Assembly: GCA_031411295.1 (NCBI GenBank)
Contig: JANOAV010000050.1
Location: forward strand, 1 to 52,027
Origin: Verrucomicrobiales bacterium
GTDB lineage: Bacteria; Verrucomicrobiota; Verrucomicrobiia; Verrucomicrobiales; V1-33
Length of the DNA: 52,027 nucleotides
Reading direction: 5' to 3'
In this document: positions 29,250 through 40,140 of the stretch, in pieces
How the letters are laid out: every line of letters starts with the position of its first letter
Numbering within the stretch: the first letter of the stretch is position 1
Position numbers and translations under genes: made by a program
Notes under the pieces: generated by a model
What the model saw: the letters and a program-made list of their open reading frames with translations, nothing else
Databases searched by the model: none
What the model was told of the DNA's origin: nothing

Positions 29250-32200
29250 ATGCGTGTGCTCCATTTCCTCCTCATCTACCTTGCGATAACCGAACTGGGC
29301 CGGGCTCAGAACGGATTGGTGGCGGCATTCCCCTGCAACGAGGGCGCGGGCGCGACGATTACTGATATCACTGCGACCCATCACGTGGGCACGTTCAATA
29401 ACGCGACGTGGACCGCTGCTGGGAAATATGGCGCTGCCTTTACCTGCAATGGTTCCAACGCCTGGGTGACCATCCCGCACCATCCCCAGTTCGATCTCAC
29501 GACTGGCGCCACGCTCATGGCCTGGGTCTATCCCACGGCCCTGAGTGGGTATCGCACCGTGATCATGAAAGAGACCAGCAACGGGGCGTGTTACTATTTA
29601 TATAGTGGCCCGGGAGATTTGGTGATGGGAGGAGGTGGATTCGGTGGGAGCTACCGTGAAACCAGCGGTGGCAATGCGCTGCCGCTGAATACGTGGACGC
29701 ATCTGGCCACCACCTTCGATGGCACCACCATCCGCGTTTACCGCAACGCCGTGTTGGTGAGCACGTTGGCAAGCGCGGGCAGCTTCGATACTTCGGCCAA
29801 CCCATTGCGGCTGGGCGGAAATCTCACTTGGGGGGAATGGTGGGCCGGCTCGATCGATGAAGTGCGCGTCTATAATCGGGCGCTGAGTGCCACGGAGATT
29901 GCGACAGATCGGGATACGCCCCTGGTGGCTGGTCCCACCGCTCCGGTCATGGCCACGGTCACGCCTCCACAGGGCTCGACGGTGCGTTCGCTGACTCAAC
30001 TTGACATAACCTTTAGCGAAACCGTGATCGGGGTGGATGCGGCAGATTTACAAATCGGCGGGCTTGCCGCAACGAGTGTCACGCCGCTCGGAAACAATAC
30101 TTACCGCTTCACGTTTTCCGCTGCTCCCACGGGGCCCGTGGGCGTGAATTTTATTTCAAGCCACGGCATCGTGGACCTGGAATCGCCCCCGGTGGCCTTT
30201 GCGGGAGCCGCTTGGAACTATACCGTTGATCCCAACGCGCCGCTGGATCCAGTGCGGTTAAATGAAGTCGTGGCCGTCGGAGCGCCCGGCGGTTTAGCGG
30301 ATGCGGATGGGGATTTCGAGGATTGGGTTGAACTGCTCAACACCGGAACCACGACGGTGAATCTCACCGGGTGGTCGCTCTCGGACGATGCGTCGGAGCC
30401 CGGGAAATGGGTGTTTCCCGTGCGATCCATCCCGGCTGGCGGTTTCCTCACGGTGTTCTTGTCCGAGAAAAATCGCAGCCCAGCGAGCGGTGAATTGCAC
30501 GCCAATTTCAAGCTCAAACTGACTGGCGGCAGCCTGCGGCTTTACAATGCGGACGCGCCCCGGCAGGTGATCTCCTCGTTTGCTCCGCTGCCGGGCTCGC
30601 AGGCAGGGCTGAGTTACGGCTTGAATGCGGCAGGGCAACTTCGGTTCTTTGGCGCCCCAACTCCGAATGCCGCCAATGCAGGCACGGAATACACCGGGAT
30701 CGCGGAGGCACCGGTGCCGAGCGTTCCCGCAGGATACTTTAGCAGTGCCTTCTCGTTAGCGTTAACCACGACCACGCCAGGTGCCAGCATTCGTTATACC
30801 ACCAATGGAACGCCCCCGACGACCGCCAGCACTTTGTATGTTACTCCACTAAATATTAGTGCCACCACCGTCGTGCGCGCCACGGCGTTCGCCAGCGGGA
30901 TGGCTCCGAGCGAGGTCACGACCAGGACGTATTTGTTTCTCGCAGATGTCTTGACCCAATCGTCCACCGGGGCAACTCCGGCCGGATGGCCTGCCACCTG
31001 GGGAGCCAATCGGGTGGATTATGGGATGGATCCCGATGTCATTGGAGCGGGCGCACCCTATCAAAGTCAAGCGCTCGCAGCCATGCAAGCCGTGCCGGCC
31101 CTCAGCATCGTGATGAAATTACCGGACCTCTTTGATTCCACTACGGGCATCTACGCGAACCCCGGTCAGAATGGCGACAACTGGGAGCGGCCAGCATCGC
31201 TGGAATTGCTTGATCCTTCAGGCGCGCCAGGGTTTCAAGCCAATGGCGGCCTGCGCATTCGGGGGAATTTCTCGCGCGATACGAACAATGCCAAGCATTC
31301 GTTCCGCATGTTCTTCCGCGAGCGTTACGGCACCGGGAAACTTGATTTTCCCTTGTTCGGAACGGATGCGGCGGACAAGCAGGACGTGGTGGATCTCCGC
31401 ACTTCCCAAGATTTCTCCTGGGCGTATCTTGCCAGCACAGAGGCAACCTTCGTGACGGATTCCTTTGCGCGCGATCTCATGCAGAACATGGGCCAACCGA
31501 GCACGCGGGGAGACTTCTATCATCTCTTCATCAACGGCCAATACTGGGGCCTCTACAACACCGAAGAGCGGGTGAATCCAAGTTATGCGGCCAACTACTT
31601 TGGCGGCATCGAAGAGGAGTATGATGTGATTAAAGTGGATAGTTTCAACACGCAGGTTGCCGCAGGTTCATTCGATGCCTGGACGCAGTTGTGGAATCTC
31701 ACCGAGGCCGGTGTGGCCAGCGATACTGCGCTCCAATCGCTGTTAGGAAACAATCCCAACGGAACGCGCAATCCCGCTCTGCCCATCCAGATTGATGCGG
31801 TTAACCTCTGCGATTACATGCTGATGAATTTCGTGCTCGATAACCGGGATGGCCCCATTTACATCGACGGCAACCAGCCCAATAATTTCTTCGCAGTGCG
31901 ACCCCGAGACGGTCGCGCTGGATGGAAATTCCTCGCTCACGATTCAGAATATTCCATGTTCAGCGTGACGGGAGATGTGACCGGCCCGCCGACTTCGGTT
32001 GGCGCCACGATCTCGTCCTCGAATGCGCGACGGATGTGGGAAAAGTGTATGGCGAACGCGGAATTCCGCTCCATTTTTGCCGATCGCGTGCAACGTCATT
32101 GTTTTGGCAACGGTGCCCTCACTGCAGTTGCGCAAGCCGCTACCTGGCAGCACCGCGCCACTGAGCTTGATCTGGCCGTGATCGGAGAGTCCGCGCGCTG

Positions 32201-35165
32201 GGGGGATTCCGCTCGCGCCACGCCCCTAACGCGCAATAACGACTGGCTGCCACGGATCAATTTCTTCCTCAACAATTGGTTTCCCACCCGCACTACTAAC
32301 GTGATTTCGCAATTGCGGGCCCGGGGGTATTTCCCTGCCTTGGCCGCACCTGAATTAGCCCCGGCAGCGGGCACCGTGAATCCAGGCACCGTGGTAACCT
32401 TGACTCCGCCCGTGGGGCCCGGAGTGATTTACTACACGCTGAATGGAGTAGATCCTCGCAGCTTCGGGGGGGCGCTAAATCCTGCGGCCCTGGTGTGGTC
32501 GGGAAATCTGACATTGCTCAACGGCGTGCGTTTGCGAGCTCGCTTCAAGGACGGAGTGAATTGGAGTCCGTTGGTGGCGGCGGACTATTTCCTGGCGCAG
32601 GATTTCACCAAACTGGCTGTTAGTGAGGTGATGTATCACGCCGTCGATTCGGCCACGGTGGCTGGTTCGGAGTTCGATTTCATTGAATTCACTAACACTG
32701 GAGACAAGTCATTGGATTTGTCCGGGCTGTATTTCACCGCAGGCCTGGGCGGGACGTTCCCCACTGCCACCACGCTGGCACCGGGAGCTTACTTGGTGGC
32801 AGCCCGCAATCCCAGCGCCATGCTGGAGCGCTATCCCGGGGTGACGGTGGTGGTTACTTTCACCGGGAAATTGGACAACAACGGGGAGACGGTCACGCTG
32901 GCGACACCTGGAGGTGGCGAAATTCTTTCACTCACTTACAACAACGCTCCGCCCTGGCCGGCGGCGGCGGATGGCTTGGGATTCTCCCTGGTGAATCTGG
33001 CGCCAGCCACCTTTGCCGCCCCGGAGGAAGGCCGCCGCTGGCGGGCGAGTGCCAACCTCTACGGATCGCCCGGTGCGGCTGATCCGGTGGTTAATACTCC
33101 TTCGATTCGGATTGGGGAAATTTTCACGGGCACTAGTCCGTTCGTGGAATTGCACAATCCGACAGCTGGCGCGGTCGATGTTAGCGGATGGTGGCTCACG
33201 GACGATCTGCTCGTGCCTGGAAAATACGTGCTGCCGATGGGAAGCTTGATTCCCGCCAACGGAGCGCTGGCCGTGAGTGCCGCTACGCTGGGTTTTCCCT
33301 TGGCTCAGGCTGGCGGCAGCATTTATTTACTCTCGGCTAGTGCTGGAGTCGCCACCGGTTACAGCCATGCCTGGAAATACGGTCCCACCGACACGCTATC
33401 GCTGGGCCGCGTGACCGATTCCAGTGGCGAAGAGTGGCTAGTTCCGCTCACGTCCCCCACCCCAGAAGCCGTGGCCGCCAGCCCGAAGCTCGGGCCCGTT
33501 GTCATCAATGAAATCTGGTATCATCCGCCCACGGGTTTCTTCGAAATGGTGGAACTCTACAATGCGGGGGCGACGGCGGTGGTCTTGGATGGGTGGCGCT
33601 TGGAGGGCTTTGGCTATACCTTTCCCACAGGCACAAGTCTGGCGGCGGGAGGCTATTTGCTAGTAACGACGGATGCTCCGACAGCATTTCGCACGCGCCA
33701 TGGGATTCCAGTGGGCGTCCCCATTCTTGGGCCAGTGACGGGCACGTTGGATGACGGGGGAGAGCGGATTTCCTTGGAACGTCCCAGCACTGCCACGGTG
33801 GGGGCTTTTGTGGCGTTGGATTTCGTGCGTTACAATGACAAAGCTCCCTGGCCAGCCACCGCCGATGGCTCCGGCCCTTCGCTCCAACGCTTGAGTTCCG
33901 GGGCCTTGGCGTTGGAACCAACGAATTGGCAGGGGCAGGGGCTAACGTTAGGAAAAGCAAATGCTTCAAACGTGGCCCCGACCGTGGCGATGGCCGCTCC
34001 CTTGCATCTGAGCACATTTACTCCGCCCGGAACGATTACCCTCACCGTCAACGCGGCGGATACCGATGGTCAGATCAGTCGGGTGGAGTTCTATGATAGC
34101 AGCACCAAATTAGGGGAGGATGCAACGGCTCCTTATTCGTTTACCTTGGCCAACGCCGCTGCGGGTGAACACTGGTTGCGGGCCGTAGCCGTTGATGATG
34201 CCTTCGCCAGCACGACATCGATTCCCGTGCTGATGGCGGGATTGGGACCAGTGCCTTTTGTGGTGAGTCCGTGGGGTGCCATTTGGAAATATAAAGATGA
34301 TGGCATCGCACCCGCAACAACTTGGAAGTCCCTCACCTTCGATGACTCGACTTGGAAATCCGGCCCCGCCGAATTAGGCTATGGGGAAAATGATGAGGCG
34401 ACGCGCGTGGAGGATAATTCTACGCTTGGCTATAATGCTGCGGACACGAATCGTTACATTACAACTTGGTTCCGCCGCACCTTCAGTTTGACCAACGCGG
34501 CTGAAGTAACAGGCTTGGCCGGGCGCATGTTGCGGGATGATGGCGTGGCCATTTACCTCAATGGCACCGAAGTATGGCGGGATAATCTGGCGGCTAATGC
34601 CAGCGCGACCACACCCGCTACCAGCAGTATCAGCGGAGCCACGGAGAGTGTCCAAATCACGCAGAACCTAACCACCTCACTGCTGGTTTCCGGCAACAAC
34701 ATCTTGGCGGTGGAATTGCATCAAGCGGCCACCGATAGCAGTGACGTGAGTTTCAATCTGGAACTCACGGCGGCCCGCCCCGGCCTGGCCCCGGACCCGG
34801 ATACAGATGGAGATGGAATGAAGGATCGGTATGAGCTGGCCCAGGGATTTTCCTACTGGAACCCATTGGATGCCGCGCAAGACGCCGATGGCGATGGCTC
34901 CACCAACCTCACCGAATCACGCCTGGGACTGAATCCAAGAAATGGAGCGCAATCATTTCGCGCCAGCGGAACGGTAAATTCCCCAGGTCATGTCGTCCTA
35001 ACTTGGCCCAGTGCGCCCGGTCTTAAATTCGCCATTAAGCGAAGTTCGGATTTGGCCACGTGGCAACCGCTGGGCACAGTGGATGCCGTTGGCACCAGCG
35101 CAACCTACACGGATCCGGCTCCCGGCGGGCCTCACAAATTTTACCGCATCGAACTCTTGCCCTGA
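29250..35165 (+). CDS. Giant secreted protein: LamG, Ig-like, multiple lamin-tail domains, CotH kinase-like domain, C-terminal beta-sandwich
   Basis: WTHLATTFDG..IDEVRVYNRAL (LamG); LNEV..DWVELLN and EVMYH..FIEF (lamin tail); IRYTTNGTPPT; RIRGNFSR, YWGLYNTEER (CotH); DTDGDGM. Start at MRVLHF signal peptide. Confidence 0.9.
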   Translation: MRVLHFLLIYLAITELGRAQNGLVAAFPCNEGAGATITDITATHHVGTFNNATWTAAGKYGAAFTCNGSNAWVTIPHHPQFDLTTGATLMAWVYPTALSGYRTVIMKETSNGACYYLYSGPGDLVMGGGGFGGSYRETSGGNALPLNTWTHLATTFDGTTIRVYRNAVLVSTLASAGSFDTSANPLRLGGNLTWGEWWAGSIDEVRVYNRALSATEIATDRDTPLVAGPTAPVMATVTPPQGSTVRSLTQLDITFSETVIGVDAADLQIGGLAATSVTPLGNNTYRFTFSAAPTGPVGVNFISSHGIVDLESPPVAFAGAAWNYTVDPNAPLDPVRLNEVVAVGAPGGLADADGDFEDWVELLNTGTTTVNLTGWSLSDDASEPGKWVFPVRSIPAGGFLTVFLSEKNRSPASGELHANFKLKLTGGSLRLYNADAPRQVISSFAPLPGSQAGLSYGLNAAGQLRFFGAPTPNAANAGTEYTGIAEAPVPSVPAGYFSSAFSLALTTTTPGASIRYTTNGTPPTTASTLYVTPLNISATTVVRATAFASGMAPSEVTTRTYLFLADVLTQSSTGATPAGWPATWGANRVDYGMDPDVIGAGAPYQSQALAAMQAVPALSIVMKLPDLFDSTTGIYANPGQNGDNWERPASLELLDPSGAPGFQANGGLRIRGNFSRDTNNAKHSFRMFFRERYGTGKLDFPLFGTDAADKQDVVDLRTSQDFSWAYLASTEATFVTDSFARDLMQNMGQPSTRGDFYHLFINGQYWGLYNTEERVNPSYAANYFGGIEEEYDVIKVDSFNTQVAAGSFDAWTQLWNLTEAGVASDTALQSLLGNNPNGTRNPALPIQIDAVNLCDYMLMNFVLDNRDGPIYIDGNQPNNFFAVRPRDGRAGWKFLAHDSEYSMFSVTGDVTGPPTSVGATISSSNARRMWEKCMANAEFRSIFADRVQRHCFGNGALTAVAQAATWQHRATELDLAVIGESARWGDSARATPLTRNNDWLPRINFFLNNWFPTRTTNVISQLRARGYFPALAAPELAPAAGTVNPGTVVTLTPPVGPGVIYYTLNGVDPRSFGGALNPAALVWSGNLTLLNGVRLRARFKDGVNWSPLVAADYFLAQDFTKLAVSEVMYHAVDSATVAGSEFDFIEFTNTGDKSLDLSGLYFTAGLGGTFPTATTLAPGAYLVAARNPSAMLERYPGVTVVVTFTGKLDNNGETVTLATPGGGEILSLTYNNAPPWPAAADGLGFSLVNLAPATFAAPEEGRRWRASANLYGSPGAADPVVNTPSIRIGEIFTGTSPFVELHNPTAGAVDVSGWWLTDDLLVPGKYVLPMGSLIPANGALAVSAATLGFPLAQAGGSIYLLSASAGVATGYSHAWKYGPTDTLSLGRVTDSSGEEWLVPLTSPTPEAVAASPKLGPVVINEIWYHPPTGFFEMVELYNAGATAVVLDGWRLEGFGYTFPTGTSLAAGGYLLVTTDAPTAFRTRHGIPVGVPILGPVTGTLDDGGERISLERPSTATVGAFVALDFVRYNDKAPWPATADGSGPSLQRLSSGALALEPTNWQGQGLTLGKANASNVAPTVAMAAPLHLSTFTPPGTITLTVNAADTDGQISRVEFYDSSTKLGEDATAPYSFTLANAAAGEHWLRAVAVDDAFASTTSIPVLMAGLGPVPFVVSPWGAIWKYKDDGIAPATTWKSLTFDDSTWKSGPAELGYGENDEATRVEDNSTLGYNAADTNRYITTWFRRTFSLTNAAEVTGLAGRMLRDDGVAIYLNGTEVWRDNLAANASATTPATSSISGATESVQITQNLTTSLLVSGNNILAVELHQAATDSSDVSFNLELTAARPGLAPDPDTDGDGMKDRYELAQGFSYWNPLDAAQDADGDGSTNLTESRLGLNPRNGAQSFRASGTVNSPGHVVLTWPSAPGLKFAIKRSSDLATWQPLGTVDAVGTSATYTDPAPGGPHKFYRIELLP

Positions 35166-35199
35166 ACAAATTTCGCCCAGCGCTTACCAAGTCATCAAT

Positions 35200-35829
35200 A
35201 TGAGAACTTTCCTCCTGCTCCTCGGTCTTACGCTTATCGTTGCAAGTCAATCTCCCATACTGTGGGCGCAGCAGCGACGCGACGACCCGGCAGCAGTCGC
35301 TGCCCCGGCCTCCAGCGCTCTTGGGTTGGTGGCCGCAGGATTGTCCCAGATTGGTCAGACCGTGAGTTATGACCCTGACTATGTGTCGCTGTCCTATCCC
35401 AATGGCGACGTGCCCCTCGCCAAGGGAGTTTGTTGCGATGTCGTGATTCGAGCCTTGCGGGCTGGTGGCATCGATCTCCAGAAGCTGGTCCACGAAGACA
35501 TGGCGGCAAATTTTTCCGCCTATCCCAAACTCTGGGGCCTGCAGAAAACGGATCGGAGCATCGACCATCGACGCGTGCCGAATTTGGCAAAATTCTTCGA
35601 ACGCTCAGGGAAAAAACGTCCTGTAACCAAAGATCCCGCCGACTATCTCCCGGGGGATTTCGTGGTGTGTCGGCTGTCGAATGGACTCATCCACATCATG
35701 CTCGTGAGTAACCAAAAAAGTGCCACCGGCACCCCCTTAGTGATCCACAACATCGGGGCGGGAGCCCGGGAAGAAGACCGCCTCTTCGAGTTCAGCATCG
35801 AAGGGCATTACCGATGGTATAAACCGTAG
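35200..35829 (+). CDS. DUF1287 (YijF-like) secreted protein
   Basis: YDPDYV.LSYPNGDVP, GVCCDVVIRA, IDHRRVPNL, VIHNIGAG. Confidence 0.9.
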   Translation: MRTFLLLLGLTLIVASQSPILWAQQRRDDPAAVAAPASSALGLVAAGLSQIGQTVSYDPDYVSLSYPNGDVPLAKGVCCDVVIRALRAGGIDLQKLVHEDMAANFSAYPKLWGLQKTDRSIDHRRVPNLAKFFERSGKKRPVTKDPADYLPGDFVVCRLSNGLIHIMLVSNQKSATGTPLVIHNIGAGAREEDRLFEFSIEGHYRWYKP

Positions 35830-35972
35830 CCAAGCGGAGGATCGAAAAATTTTCCAAATACGTGTCCCAATCCCACTACTCTCTGCGGTAATCTTTAGTA
35901 GGCTACCAGTCGCACCCTGCTGGCCAGTCCCTTGATCCTTTTGCAATCTCAGCTCCGAACCTGATCTTCCTC

Positions 35973-38102
35973 ATGAAACCTCCCTTCCGTCTAACCTTAG
36001 CCGCTCTGCTACTGGCCATTCCTTGTTGGTCTCTGGCGGCAGATAAAAAGAAGAATCGTCGTAAACTGGAAGCAGCACAACCTGCCACTCCGGCTGCCGA
36101 GACCGCCAAGCCGATTCAAGATCCTGCTAATCCGTGGCATGCGTGGTCGGATGGCCAGGGACATACGTTGGAAGGGAAATACAAGGCGCTGGAATACGGC
36201 TTACTCACGGTGGAAGACAAAGCAGGCCAGATGCGTCGTTTCCCCATCACCAAACTGACGGCCGAGGACAAAAAATTTGCCGAGCAATGCAAAAGTCTCC
36301 AACCCCGGGCCGCCTTGGCCCAGGATGTGATTCACAAGGCGGCGGCTCGCTTGGATGAAACGATTCTGGCTGGTCTGAAACGAGGGAATCAAACTCCCAA
36401 CGCTCCCGCCAACGATGAAACTTTCGCCCGTCGTTTATATCTGGATGTCGTGGGCCGCATTCCCACCCGGGAGGAAATCACCACCTTCTTAGCCGATAAA
36501 GCAACAGACAAGCGCGCCAAGCTGGTGGATGAACTGCTGAATTCCCCCGGCTACACGATGCAAATGTTCAACTATCTGGCGGACATGCTGCGGGTGAAAG
36601 ACGATTACGGCAAAGGTGCCAAGGCGTTTGTTTTCGAAGATTGGCTCAAGGACATGGTGGCGATAAATCGTCCCTGGGATGCCTTGGTCAATGATATGCT
36701 AACCGCCGATGGCAAGCTGGTGGAGACGGGTCCAGCCGGATTCCTCCTGCGCGATGCGCAAATGCCGCTGGATGGCGTTTCCAATTTAATGACCACCTTT
36801 CTGGGGGCCAACGTTTCCTGCGCCCAGTGTCATGACCATCCGCTGGCCGAATGGAAACAAAAGGATTTCTATCAGATTGCCGCCTTCTTCGGAGCCACGG
36901 ATGGCTTCCATGAAGACGTGGCCAAGGACGTCAAAAGATTAGCCAAAAGCATGGATGGCAACAAGGCCATGGCCCAAATGTTGGCCTCCAACGCCTACGA
37001 TTTGGTGGACATGCAGCAGAACAAATTGTCTTTCCCCAAGGACTACAAATACGACAACGCCAAGCCCGGTGAGAAAGTTACCCCAGCGTTGATTACTTGG
37101 ACTGAGAAGGATAAACTGAGCCCAGCCTACAAGGTGGACATCAAAAAGCCTTCCGAGCTGCGCAATGAATTTTCCAAATGGATGACCAGCCCAGAGAACC
37201 CACGTTTCGCCACCGCCATCGCGAATCGCTTGTGGAAGAAGGCGTTCGGCTTGGCCGTGCAGGAACCCGTGAGTGATCTGGACGATCCCAAGACTGCCAG
37301 CAATCCTGAGTTACTCGCGCACCTAACCACCTACATGAAGCAGGCAAAATTCGATCTGCGTGAGTTCCAGCGCATCATTTTCAACACCGCAGCGTATCAA
37401 CGTCAAGCCAGCGCCACGCCGGATCTCAGCAAAGGACACTTCCTTTTTGCCGGTCCGCTGGTGCGGCGGATGTCCGCCGAGCAGGCCTGGGATTCCATCA
37501 TGACGCTGGCCAGCGGCAAGGAGATCGATCACTCCATTTTGCGTCGGGGCGATGAACTGAAACTCACCGCCATTGATGGCCGGGTGACCGCCGCTGCCGC
37601 CAAGGAAGTGCAGGCCAAACTTGCCAAAGAAGGCGTGACCTTGAAGGGCGGCGGAAACAAGAAGAACCCGCAAATCAATGCCCGCGTGTTGAGCCAATTC
37701 TACGATGGTGTGCGGCCTCAGGAACGCGATGGCTTACTGCTCGCGCGGGCTTCGGAGCTGCCCCAACCCGCTCCGGAAAGCCACTTCCTGCGCTTGTTCG
37801 GTCAGAGCGACCGGCTCGTTTCTGATACCAACGCCTCGGATGGAAGCGTGCCGCAAGTGATGTCGCTGATGAATGGCCCCGTCCAGCAAGTGGCCACGGG
37901 CAATGGTTCCAGCGCCCTGACAGAAATTGATAAACTTTCCAATCCGCCAGCGAAGATCGAGGCCCTCTACCTGAGTTTCCTCGGACGTCGGCCCACCGCC
38001 GAGGAGCAACAACGGATGACCGCCGCCCTGACCGATGGCCTGGCCACCGCCGACTGCGCTTGGGCGCTGCTCAATACTCGCGAATTCCTTTTTGTGCGTT
38101 AG
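35973..38102 (+). CDS. DUF1549/DUF1553 protein with N-terminal SHD1-like domain
   Basis: FARRLYLDVVGRIPT, CAQCHDHP, NRLWK..FG, RRMSAEQ.WDS, WALLNTREFLF. Confidence 0.92.
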   Translation: MKPPFRLTLAALLLAIPCWSLAADKKKNRRKLEAAQPATPAAETAKPIQDPANPWHAWSDGQGHTLEGKYKALEYGLLTVEDKAGQMRRFPITKLTAEDKKFAEQCKSLQPRAALAQDVIHKAAARLDETILAGLKRGNQTPNAPANDETFARRLYLDVVGRIPTREEITTFLADKATDKRAKLVDELLNSPGYTMQMFNYLADMLRVKDDYGKGAKAFVFEDWLKDMVAINRPWDALVNDMLTADGKLVETGPAGFLLRDAQMPLDGVSNLMTTFLGANVSCAQCHDHPLAEWKQKDFYQIAAFFGATDGFHEDVAKDVKRLAKSMDGNKAMAQMLASNAYDLVDMQQNKLSFPKDYKYDNAKPGEKVTPALITWTEKDKLSPAYKVDIKKPSELRNEFSKWMTSPENPRFATAIANRLWKKAFGLAVQEPVSDLDDPKTASNPELLAHLTTYMKQAKFDLREFQRIIFNTAAYQRQASATPDLSKGHFLFAGPLVRRMSAEQAWDSIMTLASGKEIDHSILRRGDELKLTAIDGRVTAAAAKEVQAKLAKEGVTLKGGGNKKNPQINARVLSQFYDGVRPQERDGLLLARASELPQPAPESHFLRLFGQSDRLVSDTNASDGSVPQVMSLMNGPVQQVATGNGSSALTEIDKLSNPPAKIEALYLSFLGRRPTAEEQQRMTAALTDGLATADCAWALLNTREFLFVR

Positions 38103-38130
38103 TCCCATCCTTACTTTAAATTTACCGATC

Positions 38131-39408
38131 ATGAAATCCACTCTTCTTCGTCTCGATCCTCTCAGCCGCCGCAGCTTCGTTGAACGCATGGCGCGTTCCG
38201 CTTTTGGGCTCAGCATTCTGCCATTCCTGCCGGGCGAAAATTTGCGCGCCGACAACACCAAACCGCTGGCAGGATTTGGCTCCGCCAAACACGTCATTTT
38301 ACTGAACCTAGTTGGCGGCATGACCCACATCGATACCTTCGATCCCAAGGAGGGCGAAAACAAAGGCCCTGGCAAAGCGGTCACCACGAAAGCTGGATTC
38401 CAAATCACCAACTTCCTTCCGGAGATTGCCAAAGTGGCGGATAAAATTTGCGTCATCCGCTCCATGACCGCCAAAGTAGGGGTCCATGAATCCGCCCAGT
38501 ATCTCATGCGCACCGGTTTCGAAAAGCGCGGCACCATCGTGCATCCGATGTTAGGTGCCTGGGCCCAAAACTACCTGGGTCCCAGTCACAAGACATTGCC
38601 TTCCACGGTCTGCGTGAATCGCACTTCCGGCCATGGCAATGGATTCCTTCCTGCGGGCACCAGTCCGCTGCCGATCCTGGATCCAGACGCTGGCCTGCAG
38701 AACTCCAGTTCCTCCGTGCCACCGCAGGCCATGGATAAACGGCTCGCGCTGCTGCACGATCTGGATCACGAATTCCACGGCAGCCAACCTGACGAGAATG
38801 TGAAAGCCTACGATGATTTCTATGCCAACACCCTGCAGCTCATGAAGAGTAGCGACCTGGCGGCTTTCGACATCAACAAAGAAGACAGCAAGACACGCGA
38901 AGGCTACGGCAACAGTAAATTCGGCCAAGGCTGTCTGCTCGCCCGACGCTTGGTGGAAAGCGGCGTGCGCTTCATCGAAGTGCAAAGCGGCGGCTGGGAC
39001 ATGCATAAAGACATCGAAGGAGCGATGGAAAAGGTGGGCGCAGAGTTCGACAAAGCCTTCAGTTCGCTAGTCGCAGATTTGGATCGACGCGGCTTGCTGG
39101 ATAACACCTTAGTGGCTGTCACCACCGAGTTCGGCCGCAAACCCCAATTCGACGGCAGCGGCCGCGGCCACCATCCCAAAGGCTTCAGTTGCGTCCTCGC
39201 AGGTGCAGGGGTGAAACGCGGTTATGTCCACGGAGCCACCGATAAAACTGGCTACGAACCCGCCTCCGACGCCATGAGCGCAGGCGATCTCCACGCCACC
39301 ATCGGCTTCGCTCTGGGCCTCCCCATCGACAAGGAAGTTCTCAGCCCCAGCGGCCGTCCTTTTACCATCGGAAATCACGGCAAGCCTGCAACGGCGGTTT
39401 TTGCGTAG
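38131..39408 (+). CDS. DUF1501 domain protein
   Basis: SRRSF Tat-like motif, GGMTHIDTFDPK, LLARRLVESGVRF, TEFGRKP, GRGHH; follows its DUF1549/1553 partner. Confidence 0.93.
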   Translation: MKSTLLRLDPLSRRSFVERMARSAFGLSILPFLPGENLRADNTKPLAGFGSAKHVILLNLVGGMTHIDTFDPKEGENKGPGKAVTTKAGFQITNFLPEIAKVADKICVIRSMTAKVGVHESAQYLMRTGFEKRGTIVHPMLGAWAQNYLGPSHKTLPSTVCVNRTSGHGNGFLPAGTSPLPILDPDAGLQNSSSSVPPQAMDKRLALLHDLDHEFHGSQPDENVKAYDDFYANTLQLMKSSDLAAFDINKEDSKTREGYGNSKFGQGCLLARRLVESGVRFIEVQSGGWDMHKDIEGAMEKVGAEFDKAFSSLVADLDRRGLLDNTLVAVTTEFGRKPQFDGSGRGHHPKGFSCVLAGAGVKRGYVHGATDKTGYEPASDAMSAGDLHATIGFALGLPIDKEVLSPSGRPFTIGNHGKPATAVFA

Positions 39409-39410
39409 GT

Positions 39411-39504
39411 AAGAATGTTGGTGTCTAGGCTTTAGCCGACAGCAACGTGAGGGGCTGAGTTTCCTCTCATAGCGCTGTCGCCTAAAGGCTATACACCAAC
39501 TCAT
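39411..39504. repeat. Left REP doublet of RAYT locus
   Basis: GTTGGTGTCTAGGCTTTAGCCGACAGC (39417-39443) and inverted GCTGTCGCCTAAAGGCTATACACCAAC (39474-39500). Confidence 0.85.
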
Positions 39505-39532
39505 TTACCAATTTATTTCCAACTCATTTGCC

Positions 39533-40138
39533 ATGTATCGCTGGCGGAGGCTTACGGAGGAGGATCGTCATGAGGTGTTGGTGCAGCGGATGGATCAGGG
39601 GCATCCGATTCATAGCCCGAAACATATCGATGCTGGGGAGCGCTACTATCATATCACGGCGGCTTGCTTTTAGCATCAGGCTCACATTGGGTTCAGCACG
39701 GAGCGGATGAATCGATTTATGGGGGACTGGCTGGACGTGCTGCACGCTGAGTCTGCGCACGTGTCCGCTTGGGTGCTGCTGCCGAACCATTATCATGCAC
39801 TGGTGCGGACGGATCGGGTGCTGAGCTTGCTCAAGGCACTGGGGCTGCTGCACGGTCGGACTTCCCATGCTTGGAATGGCGAGGAAGGGACGCAGGGGCG
39901 GCAAGTCTGGTGCAAAGCCGCAGAAACAGTTATGAAAAGCGAGGGGCATTTCTTCGCGACCGTGAACTACATTCATCACAATCCAGTGAAACATCGCTAT
40001 ACGGAAAAATGGACGGACTGGCCTTGGAGCAGTGCTGAGGAGTGGCTCAAGCAGACCGGTCGGGAGGCTGCGGAGGTGCAGTGGAAGAAGTATCCGATCA
40101 GTGAGTATGGGGCAGGCTGGGATGATGCTGAGATGTGA
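39533..40138 (+). pseudogene. REP-associated tyrosine transposase (RAYT/Y1 HUH) with in-frame TAG at codon 47
   Basis: MYRWRRL...YYHITAACF*HQAHIG... continues in frame to PNHYH (HUH), YIHHNPVKH and WPWSS; TAG at 39671-39673. Confidence 0.88.
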
Positions 40139-40140
40139 AC

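Noticed and set aside
39671..39673. TAG recoding (pyrrolysine or alternative genetic code)
   Set aside because: TAG terminates several clearly complete genes here (7573, 35829, 38102, 39408), so a nonsense mutation or read error is simpler.
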